A stretch of DNA of 60,795 nucleotides, filler included, from Squatina squatina (lineage: Eukaryota), in the NCBI GenBank assembly GCA_031763465.1. It is 4 parts of 3 records of this genome, joined end to end, with 100 filler letters (N's around TTAATTAATTAA, not from the genome) between each part and the next. Parts side by side here need not be neighbours in the genome. Positions count along the whole stretch, not along the records: positions 32,036 to 47,435 come from JARFOE010000046.1; positions 47,536 to 60,795 come from JARFOE010000219.1; 2 more parts are not named here. The stretch is one strand, 5' to 3'. A model generated the notes under the pieces. The model searched no databases and had not been told where the DNA came from. It saw only the letters and a program-made list of their open reading frames with translations. A program made the position numbers and the translations under genes. Each line of letters starts with the position of its first letter. Positions within the stretch are counted from its first letter, which is position 1. Positions 39,842 to 54,500 of the stretch are shown here, in pieces.

Positions 39842-41539
39842 NNNNNNNNNNNNNNNNNNNNNNNNNNNNNNNNNNNNNNNNNNNNNNNNNNNNNNNNNNN
39901 NNNNNNNNNNNNNNNNNNNNNNNNNNNNNNNNNNNNNNNNNCATCAAACTTACTAACTGACTGAAGACTTCTGATGCCTGCTCATTATGACTCTGTGCTG
40001 CTCTACAAGGGGGCTATGGCTTTGCTCCATGAATATCCTGTACAGTGTCCAACCAGCTGGCCTAATCCTGCTGTTGTTCACAAAGGCTACGCAAGACCCA
40101 GCATCTGGTGACAACATGGGGCATGAATGTGGTGGGTCTTGGGCTGTTTTAGCTGGATATGCCAATGCACATTAATGTTCGCCAAAATAACCTTCGCTAC
40201 TATTCTTGCAAATAGGATTGTTCCTGGGGGAGTGGTGTCAGCTGCATTTTATGGAATGGTTTAATGAGCCAGAGAAATAAGGAATAGGCTAAATTCTAAG
40301 TAGATAACGTGCAATAGAAACTCCAGGCCTGTAGGTAGAGGAAGAAAAATATCAAAGCTTTTGCCTGATTAATGCTACCGAAGGTTGCAGAGAAATACCC
40401 AACTAATCAAGGAAATGACTGTGTGTGAATGAGGTGTGATTGGCAAAACAAATTACTGGCAATGAAACAAGGCATCATGTGCTGAGCCAAGAACATAGGG
40501 CGGCAGTTGTTCTCGAACGTGCCAAGAGAAAGAGAACACATGTTCATAAAATTCACAAGCATAGAATGCACCGTACATTTATTTAGTAGACATGTGTGCA
40601 ATAACTGATCATTATATGGCTGCAATAAGGTAGACATCTATCACTTAATTTATTTAATTGGAGCACAACAAAGGATTATGGACATTATCTGCTGAGGATC
40701 TACAAGACTTTAGGGAAGATCATTGGCATACATATTAGAGAAGGTTTTATAAACTATGTAAGCTCTGGTATTGTACATTTCTGCTTGAGCATACATCATC
40801 AAGAAAGCCAGATGCATGTGATTAATTCAAGGTCCTTTTATATTGGGGGCAATGGGGTGTTTAAACTGCCAGTTGCAAAGTGCAGGTCTCGTGCAGTCAA
40901 TTGTAAGCCTTGTGTAAACCTGTCCGATCTCACTAAGATTGGTGGACCAGATTGGTGTTGCACTTAGCTACCACCTGGGGGCTTGTGTCACAAGGCCATT
41001 GGTTGCTGAATTGATACAAGTGGCTTTGGGACTGAGCTTGTCTCATGCCAGCTGGATCCCAGGAAGGACCTGATGTGGGCTGCATCATGGCTAACCTGAC
41101 TGAGCAGCCTAAAGGGCCTTCTGTAGGTCTCTGAGAAGCTATGCTGGAGGCCTGGCACATTCTGCTACTCTGAGAAACTACAGTCTTATGTCGGACAATT
41201 CCAGCTTCGCCATTGGTACAGGATCTGGCTTCACTGTGGTTACTAATCAGCAGGATTGCAGATCTAATTCTGATCCCGCTATATCCTGATCCCACTAGAA
41301 AGAGTCTCTTGCAAGCCATCCCTAAGGGGCCAATTTTAATCTTGCCCACCCAGAGGAAACCAGGTGGACAGGTAAGAACGAGGGGTTACTTATCCAGTTA
41401 TGGTGAATGTTTTTGTGACGTCCTTCCCTGGGCCTCCTCTAGTGAATCTGAAGGACCTGTAGTTTATCTGAGGAATCCTGGGCTCACCTCCTTCTGTCAC
41501 CATTTTCCTGAGACTTCACTTGAAAGCTGCTAGTGGAAG

Positions 41540-42160
41540 CCATGATGAAGTGTTGAGAACTAACAAAATCATTTTTAGGATAAAGCCTAGAACATTCTAG
41601 CCTCCACAACCAAGGCCTAGTCCTCGACGCCCAAGCCCTTGGTTCCATCCCACAGCATTCTACCCGCCACCACCTCAGCACAACCCCTGCCCTACACGAG
41701 GTCGTAAAGGCCATCGGGCAGCTGAAAAACAACAAGGCCTCCGGCACAGACGGAATCCCTGCCGAAATATTAAAATACGGCGGTGAGGCACTCATGGCAC
41801 GAATCCATGACCTCATCTCCCTCATTTGGGAGGAGGAGAGCATGCCAGGAGATCTCAGAGACGCCATAATCGTGACCATCTTCAAGGAAGGAGACAAGTC
41901 CGATTGTGGAAACTACAGAGGGGTCTCCCTGATATCCGCAGAGGGAAGGTCATCGCAAGAATCCTCCTCCACCGTTTCCTTCCAGTGGCTGAAGAGCTAC
42001 TCCCAGAGTCACAATCCGGATTCCGCCCATCAAGAGGCACAACGGACATGATTTTCAGTGTGCGGCAAATCCAAGAAAAGTGCAGAGAACAGCATCAACC
42101 TCTGTACATGGCCTTCTTTGACCTTACGAAAGTCTTGACTCTGTCAACCGGGAGGGATCC
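41540..42160 (+). mobile_element. RTE-clade (BovB-like) LINE RT fragment
   Basis: Encodes KASGTDGIPAEILKYGG, GDKSDCGNYRG and LLPESQSGFRPSRGTTDMIFSVRQIQEKCREQHQPLYMAFFDLTK, with frameshifts. Confidence 0.9.
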
Positions 42161-44150
42161 AAACCTCTAGACCTTGACATAGTGAACATCTTGATGGTTT
42201 AACTGCAAATCAACTTAACCTGATGTTTCCTGTCTGAATTTACAAAGGAACTGGACAATCTCACATAGTAAATGTGACCTTGCTAATAGTTGCTAATGTG
42301 TTCAATGCCTCCATTATTCTGGCCAAACTGCTATGAACACCTCACATGGGATGTTGCTGACTCGTCTGTTTCGTCCTCCACCACTGTCCCAACTAATCTC
42401 CAATATCAACATATCCAAATGGGACAATGACCCCAGATGTTCCGATTAACTTTGATGGGACACCTGACAGAGCAAATTCTAACACGAGACACGTTTTTGT
42501 AAGAGCTATGACCTGTTAGAGATTAAATAAAGCCAATAATGAGGTTTGCAAACTAAGAAAAAGCAACTGATTTTGTGATTTTTAAGAGTTTACATTTATA
42601 TCAATATTTTATGAAGTGCTTATGCATTTTGATTGCAAAGTCCTTGTTGGAGAGGTACATTGATACATTAAGAATTCTTGGCAAGGTTGTAAGTAATGCA
42701 GCTTGAAGGAATTTGAAGCAGTTTGATGGTTCTCGGTCTCTGGGGTTCACTTAGGTTCTGTGCCAGGCACCAATGTGAGTAAGTGATCTAATTTTTTCTG
42801 ACGATATAAAGTGTGCAACACCAAAATAATTTGACTAACTCATTGATTCTCCTTACTTCCCTTCCTGCTGGGAACTCCTAGCCTGCACTTAATGCTGTTT
42901 TCTCACTGTCTCCAGCATTCCCTCCACCCCACCACCGCCATTTTCTCATTTCCTCTTTTGCAAGCAAGATTCTTGGTGATGTGTAGTTCCATAGCCATTG
43001 GTGCTCTACGATACTTTTTCCAAATGGCAATTCTGCATCTATGAGTCCACAAAATTACTATCGGGAAACCTTATGGCCATATGTNNNNNNNNNNNNNNNN
43101 NNNNNNNNNNNNNNNNNNNNNNNNNNNNNNNNNNNNNNNNNNNNNNNNNNNNNNNNNNNNNNNNNNNNNNNNNNNNNNNNNNNNTAAGGGAATCAAGGGT
43201 TATGGGGAGAAGGCAGGGAGGTGGAATTGAGAAATGTTGGATCAGCCATGATCCAATTGAATGGCGGAGCGGGCTCAAAGGGCCGAATGGCCTACTCCTG
43301 CTCATACTTCTTATGGTCTTATGGTCTTATGAAGAACATCATCGCAGAGCCCGATCTTGTCCTCATCCAACATCCACACATGCTCACCTCCACTTGATGA
43401 TGGAATGGGAACCTCAGCTGATCTCTTTACAGTTTGTCGACCCCAACATGGTAAGGCCAATTCAAGTGCTCCTGATACCATCCCGGCTGAGATCAATTGA
43501 CTCACCAAAGACCAGAAATCGAGTCTAGGACCATCCTATATGAATAAAGAAATGTTGGGGCCTCAGGGGAGTCTGAATATGCAAAAGGAAAATTCAGGCA
43601 ATTCATTTTAATGCATCTTTCATACATAAAAAATGTTATTCTAGCACCTTAGATGGCATCATTAGAATGAGTCATAATTTTAACATTCTGAAAGATTAAT
43701 ATAGCTATAGTCTGTTGAATAATTAGAAACAGTGATAATAAAAATCTTCAGAAAGATTGTGGAGCATTGCAGCCATATTCTCATTGGTAAAAACCCCTGT
43801 AAATATTAATGTTTTTTTTAGAGAAAGGAGCCAACAATGCATATAAATTTCCAGTAACCATCAACATACTTAGAATTTATCAAATTGACCCACTTTTGAA
43901 GGGGTTATTTTGCTTGGCAACTTGATAATTAGAGACTTGATTGATGTACACTCGGCTGACTGACAGATGGTCTAAATAACAAGCTGGCAAACAGTATTGT
44001 AGTAACAACTGATTGAAGTTACTCTGAAATTCTAGCTTTACTTTGCATTTGTTTCGACAGGCCAGACAGCCAATTTGAATGATGAGCTAGATACTTAATC
44101 AAATTTTCAAATCCACATTGGGGTGTCTGCTATTTTCAATGACAGCGAAA

Positions 44151-44330
44151 GGGGAGGTAGATTTTAACAGTGAAAAATGGGTGATAACGAATCAGCAGCT
44201 TGTTTTACATCTTTCCTGATTTTTATTTCCATGGAAGTCAATAGAAATAAAAATCAAGAGAGATGTAAAATGGTCTGCCGAACTGCCATCACTCGTTTTA
44301 CACTATCGCACAAAGTCAAAATCTATCCCT
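44151..44330. mobile_element. Palindromic MITE
   Basis: Arms ttttacatctttcctgatttttatttc and gaaataaaaatcaagagagatgtaaaa surround catggaagtcaata; outer ends are also complementary. Confidence 0.75.
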
Positions 44331-46002
44331 GGGTCTTAAATCTATGCTTTTCAAGTCGATACAAAATTTGTTGAAAATCCAAATTTTTTGCGTTTTTAAG
44401 TTTGACATTGAACAAATTCTGATAAACTGAAAGCACGTACTTGGGAGAGATTAAGGCTTCACTTTTCACGGGGGTGGGTAGATTTTGGATGGAGGGGAGC
44501 CCAGTAGTGGGTGAGGAACCCAGCAAGACTGGGGATTTGCAGGCAGGGCCTTGTTTAAATAATTCTCTGCTGAGTCCCGCCCAACACCCAGTCAGATTAA
44601 CTACCTGGCCAGTGGGCGGGAGTGGGCATCTTGGAGCAGGAGACCATAGTCGGGGACTAGTATGAATGGTCCCCAGCTGTCAGTGGGAAGTGGAAGGCTC
44701 TGGGCAGGATCGGGAGTGGGGGAGAANNNNNNNNNNNNNNNNNNNNNNNNNNNNNNNNNNNNNNNNNNNNNNNNNNNNNNNNNNNNNNNNNNNNNNNNNN
44801 NNNNNNNNNNNNNNNNNNNNNNNNNNTGTTTTATTCTTGGTAACAACTGACAGAAAGATTTTACTTTTTGTAGTTGTATTGAATCATGGTGGGGGGAGGG
44901 GGGGTAGTATATAAATAATTCCAGCTCCATGGCTAAATGTTCAATCAAGTTATAATTAGAGCTAATATGGCAACATGAATTTAACACAATCTTGCATGGG
45001 GGATTTTCAAGATGCCAGTCACTCTGTTTCTCAACAGAGGCAGCTTACATTATTTAATGGAGAATATTAAATCCTGCTTAATGCCTACATTAAATCAATT
45101 AAAATTTAAATTACTTAAAATGTAATAATTAAAAAAGAATAATTGAAATATGAGATAGCGATTGAATAATGAAAATTGGCTATGTAATATGATACTCAAT
45201 CATGTAAACATTTATCACACCACAATCTCTACTTAGTTATTACCCACTATGCATTATGATAGGGGCATGGCAGTAAGTCGCGTGTTTAATGAGAAGCACA
45301 CGACTCATTTAATATGTTACAATTCTTGCTAATTCCTGCATTTAATGGCATAGTCCTCATGATTCAAAAACATTTCCACTGCCCACTTCTAATGGTATCT
45401 ATTTTCCATTGAAGTCTCCTCAGAGGTTAAAAGGACAATTCATTTAAAGCTTCATCACATTAGTTGGCCTTCAGTTGAACCCACTTGGAAACAACAATAA
45501 ACATGTTTAGTAACCAAGTAATTATTTGCAGATGTTACTGCTGGAGGTGTGACAGCCACACTGTGAAGTGAACAAGATAACAAATTTACTCTGCTAATTC
45601 AATATNNNNNNNNNNAGCCTCTTTTAACCAGCCTGTCTGGTTCAGGATAATTGTTATTTGGTGATATGAAGGGGATGACGTTATAATTATCAACCTTTAC
45701 TTCTAGCTTCCTTTTTGTCTGTATTTGAGCCATATTTTTAGATCTTTTCTGCAGGTGCACAGCTATAGTCTATTCATGGATAATCCACAGGCTAGCGACA
45801 TTATACGGTGAAATAATGAGGTAAATATATAAAGGAAATGTTCCCTTTTGTTTTTGGTAGGGGGCTGACAGAAAAAAAGGTGGTAGGATAACAACAAAGA
45901 ATNNNNNNNNNNNNNNNNNNNNNNNNNNNNNNNNNNNNNNNNNNNNNNNNNNNNNNNNNNNNNNNNNNNNNNNNNNNNNNNNNNNNNNNNNNNNNNNNNN
46001 NN

Positions 46003-46095
46003 TTGCCTTTAGGGTTGGGGCGTACGCACTGATGACCATGATATGTTGGTTCTGGGTTAGGGAGAGTAGGAGGGTCATGAGGCACTTGAAGAGTA
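46003..46095 (-). mobile_element. RTE LINE endonuclease fragment
   Basis: Encodes LMTLLLSLTQNQHIMVISAYAPTL. Confidence 0.65.
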
Positions 46096-47479
46096 TACTC
46101 CCTATTGCAATGCCACAGGAGATCAATTAGCTTTTATTTAAAAATATGTTGCTTTCTATTATGCCAGTCATTGATCAGAGATTGTTGGGATAGATCAGTG
46201 GCAAAGTATCAGACAGATCATAGCAAAATCCCTTTGGATAAGCAAAGATGAACAAGATGCTTCTTCACCAATGATGACATATTTCCAAAAATAATTTCCT
46301 GGATAGTTTGCAAAGATCCTATTGTTTTGGAACAGTGAGCACAGTGCAAGCCTGTGAACAATCCTGACTGCTGCCACACTGCTTTAACTGCTGAATGAGG
46401 TCAGTGCTCCCATGATCCCAAGCTCAATTATGACTCATTTTTGTTCCATTTGAATCACCTCCAGCTACGTGTTTAATTCAAGATGCAATCACTAATACAA
46501 AGCTTTGATTAATCAAGCTTAGCATTCTTTAATCAATCGAGCTCTTCTTGGTCTCAGTGAGGTATGGCTTCTCCCTAATGGTAACACAACCAAATGTGAC
46601 AGAACTTGATGTGCAATACTCAGTGACCTATTAGCAGACTGTCACACGACAGTGCGCCTTGGCATTACTGTAAAACCAACCCTGCTGTTGGGCTGACAAC
46701 AGGTCAACAACACAGAGCAGAAAAATATCACATCAGTGTTATACTGCACCAGAATGGAAGTATAACTGTATTGGTCTGTATTGATAGACCATTGCAAAGT
46801 ATTACAAAGTATTTACTGCACAGAAACAGGCTATTCATCTCAGCAAGTTCATGCTGGTGTTTGTGCCCCACACAAGCCTCTTACCACCCCTCTTCAGCTA
46901 CTGCCATCAACATATCCTTCTGTGGAGCTCAGTGATGCCAAGAAGTGGAAAAAATGCAGAAACTTTCTGCTGTTATTTGTGATAACTTTCAGTATTTTAA
47001 AGATCTAATTATTAACTATTAAATTATAAACCATTATTTCATTAGCATTATAAGTATCTTGAGAACAGGACATCACTTTACTCATTAGCAATGATAAAAC
47101 TACTTAACTGTAAGATGTCACTATTCTATTTGACACAGAAGTTAAATGAAAGTCACCAGAATATAATTCAGCACAAAATGTCTATTTGCTTACTTATAAT
47201 AATCATAAAAAGTTATCTCAGACATGCCTCTAAATCTTATGTTAAGACATTAGCACACTGGTTAGCAAAAGCTGAATATCATAGGAAAATATACTGGAAG
47301 TATCAACGCTTTCAGCACATTGTAAACATCAGTGTCATGTTGATAAATGTAAAATATTTTGCATCAGTGGTAAACAATATGAATCGGAAATAATTAGTAT
47401 TTTATCAAAGAAGAAGGACATAGAAAAATATCTGANNNNNNNNNNNNNNNNNNNNNNNNNNNNNNNNNNNNNNNNNNNN

Positions 47480-47491
47480 TTAATTAATTAA
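47480..47491. other. Artificial scaffold linker TTAATTAATTAA
   Basis: Identical 44N-12mer-44N structure. Confidence 0.95.
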
Positions 47492-47711
47492 NNNNNNNNN
47501 NNNNNNNNNNNNNNNNNNNNNNNNNNNNNNNNNNNTCCCAGCCCAGACATGATGGGCTGAATGGCCTCCTTCCATGCTGTAAATTTCTGATATACAGTGA
47601 ATATAGTATCCTTTGCACTTGTGTTGAATTGTTTCCTCGCTGAAGTTTTCAGAAGATGCTTTGAAAATGCACTTGAGGATGAATAGAGTCAATTAATAGT
47701 TCCGTTATGCA

Positions 47712-48125
47712 TGTCAGCTTAGCTCAACCAGTAGAATCATCTGAGTTAAAAGTTTGCGGGGGTAATTCGACTTTGAATTAAAATGGGGAGAGCTGTATAA
47801 TGGATGGCTGATCTGATATTGGCCATTTTACACTATCGCCCAAAGTCAAAATGACCCCCTGTGAATTCAAGTCCCAAGCGGTGCCATACTGAGGGAATGC
47901 TGTATTGTCAGAGGTGCCACCCTTTTGATGAGATGTTGAACCGAGATCTTCTCTTCGTGTTCAAGTGGACATTAGAAAATCACAGAAAATTATTTGAAGA
48001 AGAGGAAGGAGTTCTCTCACATCCCAGGTTCATCTCATTGCAGTTTGTTGGATGTTGCTGGCAGCCCACAGAACAAGAATTGCCGCACTTCAAAGAGCAG
48101 TTCATTGTGTGCCGGTGTTTGCGAT
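47712..48125 (+). mobile_element. DeuSINE copy interrupted by a ~100-bp MITE (about 47758-47859)
   Basis: Head tgtcagcttagctcaa, then insert ggggtaattcgactttg...caaagtcaaaatgacccc, then the B-box region and Deu core tgagggaatgctgtattgtcagaggtgcc. Confidence 0.6.
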
Positions 48126-51100
48126 AATTTAACTTTCTTTGGCTTTTTTGTGTAAAGTTAAAAGCCACAGAGCCAATTATCAGAAATGCAATTCTCTTGG
48201 TCAATGTGCTGTCATTGGAATTGTAAGTGTAATGACTACAAGAGATTATGTTCGGGAGTAAATCGAGCATGCCCGAGTGCAGGAATCTATTCTACCACCT
48301 TTGCACAACTCAAAGTTTCAGCCCTCCTATAAACCGCAGCAACTGGATAAATTCCATCCAAGGCATAATCGTAGAAATGTGGTAATGAAATGGAGAACCT
48401 GTCGTGTGGCCTCACTAGTAAAGACAATGAGCACAGTGTGGTCCCTTTTAATTAGAACAGTTTAATAGATGCCCTGTCAGTCTAAGAATCCTGAGGTCAC
48501 ATAGGTTCCTTTATCAAGGGAGTCGGTTACCTGCTGAAGATTATTTGAAGGGAGTCAGAGTGACTGGGAAAGTTTGTGTTATTTCCTGTATACCTATTAA
48601 GAGCTGGTCGAAGTGAAGGTGTTACGTAGTATGTTGGACATGCAGAATTCCGCANNNNNNNNNNNNNNNNNNNNNNNNNNNNNNNNNNNNNNNNNNNNNN
48701 NNNNNNNNNNNNNNNNNNNNNNNNNNNNNNNNNNNNNNNNNNNNNNNNNNNNNNCTGCAATGTCGTTATTCCAGTTCAGATTCTAATCCAAAAATCCACA
48801 CCAGCGGTCAGTTTCTTCAGGCATTTGGCATCCAACCTTGCGATGTACAAATTGGCTGCTGCCTTTTACCACTACACTTCAAAAGTGCTTAATTGGCTGT
48901 AAAGCACTTTGAGACACCCTGAGGTCGTGAAAGGCACTGTATAAATGCAATGTCTTCCTTGTATAAATACTACTTGTCATTGCCACCTTATTTTAAGAGA
49001 GGAGGAGGAAATATTTGTGATGATACCGTGATTATTAGGAGAAAGCGAGATTGGTGAAACCAGAAACTTGAGCAGTAATTTTTGGTGAAAGAGCTCTCAA
49101 ACTGCTCGAATGCATGCAGTGTATCTTTCTGTGTACTGCATCAGTTCAGTTGTTTGACTGTTGTGCATGGCTCACTAATGGATCGCCGCAGAAATATAGA
49201 GCATTGTGAAGGATTACATGGCCAACTGAATTGCTTGTGCAGTGAAGCAGACTAAAACTGATCTGAAACTACTGTCTGATTCAATTACAGTCAAGAGTAC
49301 TGGTCACATTGAAGCACCTTGGTTTGTCTTTCAAACTGAAGTTCAATTTTAATTGTACCAAATGATTTCCATTTTGTTTTAAATCTAGTTAGTGCTTATA
49401 TGGCACTAGCTGGATGATGTGCACTAAATGAACAGTAGTTCCTGTTAATGATTCAGCTCCTTGCATTGTCCTGAATGATGAATAACTACCCAGTGGCAGT
49501 TACATTTATATCATTTCCATTGCAGGGTTATGGGAAACTGCATCTTTTCAAAAGGGGAAGGACACGCAATTAAGAGCGTAAGCAGATTAGACAGGCCCTA
49601 TTCTTTCCTGTAAGCTGCACATGTTATTAGAACTGGCTGCACCTCTAAGTATAATTTTTCAGTGCACTGCTTATTCTGTATCAGTTGGTCTCCCTGTGTA
49701 AATACAGAAGAACTGTGATCTTTTGTTTTTTTCCCCAGTCTGTTGGGCTGCGTGCCAGCAGTGAGGCACTGACATTATTTGTTGATCACTGAGATCAGGT
49801 TCCCCTGGCTGTTCGCCAAGAGCAGTGTCTGTGTGTGTACTTTGCATTATTTAGTGCAATCAGTGGAGCTGATGGTCAGGTCATAGTCTGTAGGGAATGC
49901 AAAATCATCAGTGTTAAACAGGGCCCGCGCATAGCTGCAGTAATCCGCTGTTATACCCCTTTCTGTGACAAGATTGCCAACAATGCCAACTCGTCCTCAT
50001 TCCTTGTTTAATATCCACCTTAATACACTTGTCGCATTTCTTAGATTGCTGGTGAATGTTACATCAAACAGCATGAATGAATGGTTTATGACAGCCCAAA
50101 GCCTCTGGGGACCTAAACAATGTTCCTGCTAATTTCTTGGGTGGTGGGGGGGGGGTGCGGCCCCTTTAACTTTCCGCCCATGTCCGGTTTTTCCATTGAA
50201 AAGCAGCTGTGCAGCTTGCGTGCAACCTCCAGACCGCTGCGCAGCCACGTGGCTGTGGAGCTGAATGGGAACATTGGGCTTAAAACCGCTCCATAATCCT
50301 CAGTAAATTTGGTTGCACCTCATGTTTTCAGCACTTGATTGCCATCCCGTCCACCACCTAAACCTTCACTCCCTCCATCACCAGTGCATCGTGGCTGCAG
50401 TGTGTGCCATCCACAGGATGTAGCAGGCGCATGGGAACACCATCACCTCCATGTTCCCTTACATTACAAGTCACAAACCATCCTGTCTTGGAAATGTATT
50501 GGCATTCTTTTATCATCACTGGGCCACAATCCTGGAAATCCCTCCCTAACAGCAGTCTTCACCACAAGGACTGCAGTTCAAGGCAATTAGGATGAACAGT
50601 AACTGCTGGCCTTGCCAGCAACACACACATCCTGTGAATGAATTAAAAAAAACTTAACTAATTCTTCATCCTCTCAGAAGTTTCCTCAGTTTGGAGGATC
50701 TAGGGTGGCCGACCTGACCTCAGTGGTCGTGCTGTAAGGTAAATGAGGTGGCACTTCTGCTTTGATCTTTTTTACGTACTGCCATGTTTCCCAGCAGCGA
50801 CAAGCTGAGTGCTCAGCCTATGTAGTCTGGCAGTGCAGCTTTCACATGACTGGGCTGGATAGACCACCTCCAGTCAGCGGGAGAAGGCCAACAGCCAGAT
50901 CTCAAATCCTAAGCTTGACTTTCAACTGCAGATATGCCAAGTGCAACATATGGCCCAAAGTGTAAATGGGGAGGATTCCACAGCACCAGAAGACCCAACA
51001 TACCGCAGAATCAAAAACAAAGACCTTCTCACATCTCTCAAACAGCCAATAATGCCTGATAAAATCATTCGGCCCAATGGTCCTGTGCTGATTCTCTGAA

Positions 51101-51378
51101 AGAGTCCTCCATTTAGTCCGATTACTCTGCCTTTCCCTCAAACATTTCTTTCCTATGTTCCTTATAAAAGCTACTTTAGATGCTTGCACCATTGTTTCTG
51201 ATAGAACATGCTGGGCGTGAAATTCTACACTTTTGTGCCAGCTGATAAGGCCGGTTTCAGAGAAAAAAATGGCATCTGNNNNNNNNNNNNNNNNNNNNNN
51301 NNNNNNNNNNNNNNNNNNNNNNNNNNNNNNNNNNNNNNNNNNNNNNNNNNNNNNNNNNNNNNNNNNNNNNNNNNNNNN

Positions 51379-51809
<431 letters not shown>

Positions 51810-52499
51810 TAGAGATCCAGTTGGGAATGAGAATGAGCACTCCATTGAGGCTAGGCCCACCAACTGATGTATCTTCACCATATTGAGTTGAATCCCTTGT
51901 ACTCACTTTTGCCACTAGCTCTGAAAGTCTGTGTAGGATTCTGCCTGCAGAATTATGGTGATCTCAACATTGTGATTGATCTCAGTACATCAATTACCCA
52001 GGTTTCTTAGCACAGTTTCATCCATTATGTGACAGAGAAGTTTCACATGTGCTAATAAGTCTGTGGCATGCATTTCCAAATAGTGGTGGCCCTCAGAAGC
52101 TATTTTATAAGCTCGCAGGTCAGTTTTAGCACCTCGACTATGTCCTGGCTGAAATCAGCTAATTCAGCTATCTGTTGCCTTTTGATCTGTACTATTCAGC
52201 TACATACTGACACACATGCCTTTTGAGCAAGGGCACGTTGGTTTCACACTACAAATAACTGGGGAAAGTACAGAGACCAGAAAGAAAGTTGGGTATCATG
52301 ACTTAGAAACAATTGTGCCTTCACAAGCATGTTTATACATACGAGCAGCTTGATCGTTGTTCTGACTGTGGTGGAAACCCTGCAACATGACCGAGGCGAT
52401 TTCCACAGGTACCCAATGGCAATATTTCTGAACCACTTCAAGAAACAATTGTGCACCATTAGAGACATTGGGTTCGTGCAGCATCCACCTCATATTACT

Positions 52500-52615
52500 A
52501 TTGGAATAAACGGGTCTTTTTCCGAGTGGCAGGCAGTAACTAGTGGGGTACCACAGGGATCGGTTTTAGGACCCCAGCTATTCACAATATATATTAATGA
52601 TTTAGATGAGGGAAC
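52500..52615 (+). mobile_element. CR1 RT fragment
   Basis: Encodes [26 protein letters not shown]. Confidence 0.88.
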
Positions 52616-53599
52616 NNNNNNNNNNNNNNNNNNNNNNNNNNNNNNNNNNNNNNNNNNNNNNNNNNNNNNNNNNNNNNNNNNNNNNNNNNNNNNNNNNNNN
52701 NNNNNNNNNNNNNNNGCTTCATAATTTCACATCATCTACACTCCTTGCCTTAGTGCTTCTTATGTTTGCAAGTATTTTGTAACTATTATAATGGTGAGTG
52801 GTTTAAAATAATTAACTGTGGGGAGATGAAAAATAGTTTATGTTGTATCCCTTTTAAATCCTGAAAGATTGGTTGTGGGTGACATGGGCAATAGCACACT
52901 GTTCTCCCACAATACATCTCTGTATGATTCATCAGTGCTACTGCTTCCTGCTTCTGACAGGGTGTACTTTACACTTAAGTGATCATAAAATGTATTTCTG
53001 TTATGTTTTGGCAAAAAGATTTAAAAGCATGTACTGTGTATATTTTCTCTTTTGAGGCAACATTATAAACCTTTCTGGAGTGTAATTAAAATTACATATA
53101 TCCGAACCTACGTTATTTCCTGCAGTTGTGTCTGCATAAAGACATTTATAGGATATCTTGAAACTCAAAAGCCATTATAGGGGAGAAACACTGCAGCTTT
53201 TAGAATGTTGAGTACAGGGCTAAAATGTAGAGGCAGATCCACCAATATTGATTGCCAATAAATGGCAGTCTGTGTCTGTTCATTTTGCCTCAGACACTCA
53301 CTTTGCAGTTATATTTTACTGACCCACTTCAGATAGAAGCAGTTCTGTTTGACTTGGCTGCTAGGGCTGTGGAATCTGTCTAGTTTATATTGCGGTGCAC
53401 AGTTATTTCAAAGTTGCAGACCTGGGAAAGTTTGTACAGCCAATAACCACATTCATGAAAGACTGAGTCTATGTGACCAGCTGTCGTGCATGTTACCAGC
53501 AGGAGCCATTTACGCTGCTGTTCCAGCTCTGCCACTGCTAGCAGTGGAGGGAATAATCATTTCCGGGAGGTGATTCTTTTTGCTACCTATCTCTGTCAG

Positions 53600-53952
53600 C
53601 AGAGCCATCCCATTTACCTCACAGCATTGATGTCTGAGAGGTTGCAGCCCCCCTTCCACTATTTGAAGGGGCTTCACCTCAATTTTTGGCTGCACTTCAG
53701 TCCCATGCTCCTGATCTTTGGTCACCCGTTGCTGTGGGGAGCAGGCAAGTTGGAAAATCTTTCTCATAGGACTGCACCTGGGCCTGGCCAAGATGGCTAT
53801 CACAGGTCCAGGCAGCAGGCGGTCGAGGGGGTCGTTCGACCAGACTGCCTGCCTCTCTTTCACGGCTACCTTCGTGCCCGGGTGTCACTGGAGATGGACC
53901 ACCGGTGGGCACTGGAGGGACTGGAGTGATTCATCACCCTTGGGAATAAAAT
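53600..53952 (+). mobile_element. L1/Tx1-clade LINE ORF2 C-terminal fragment
   Basis: ERLQP.FHYLKGL..NFWLHFSP.LLIFGHP, LGLAKMAI and YLRARVSLE resemble Tx1 ORF2 ends. Confidence 0.6.
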
Positions 53953-54052
53953 NNNNNNNNNNNNNNNNNNNNNNNNNNNNNNNNNNNNNNNNNNNNNNNN
54001 NNNNNNNNNNNNNNNNNNNNNNNNNNNNNNNNNNNNNNNNNNNNNNNNNNNN

Positions 54053-54500
54053 ACCAAAGTGGATAACTTCACATTTTTCCACATTATATTCCATCTGCCA
54101 TGTTCTTGCCCACTCACTGAGCCTGTCTAAATCCCCTTGAAGCCTCTTTGCATCCTTCTCACAACTTACATTCCCACCCAGTTTTGTGTCATCAGCAAAC
54201 TTGGAAATATTACATTTGGTCCCCTCATTCAAATCATTGATGTAGATTGTGAATAGCTGGGGCCCAAGCACTGATCCTTGCAGTACCCCACTAGTTACAG
54301 CCTGCCAACCTGAAAATGACCTGCTTATTCCAACTCATTTTTTCTGTCCGTTAACCAATCCTCAATCCACACAAGTATATTATCCCCAATCCCATGTGCC
54401 CTAATTTTGTTTAATAACCTCTTATGTGGCATCTTATCGAATGCCCTCTGAAAATCCAAAATATACCACATCCACTGGTTGCCCCTTATCTATTCTGCTG
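54053..54500 (-). mobile_element. CR1 RT fragment
   Basis: Encodes [32 protein letters not shown]...WQMEYNVEKCEVIHFG. Confidence 0.92.
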
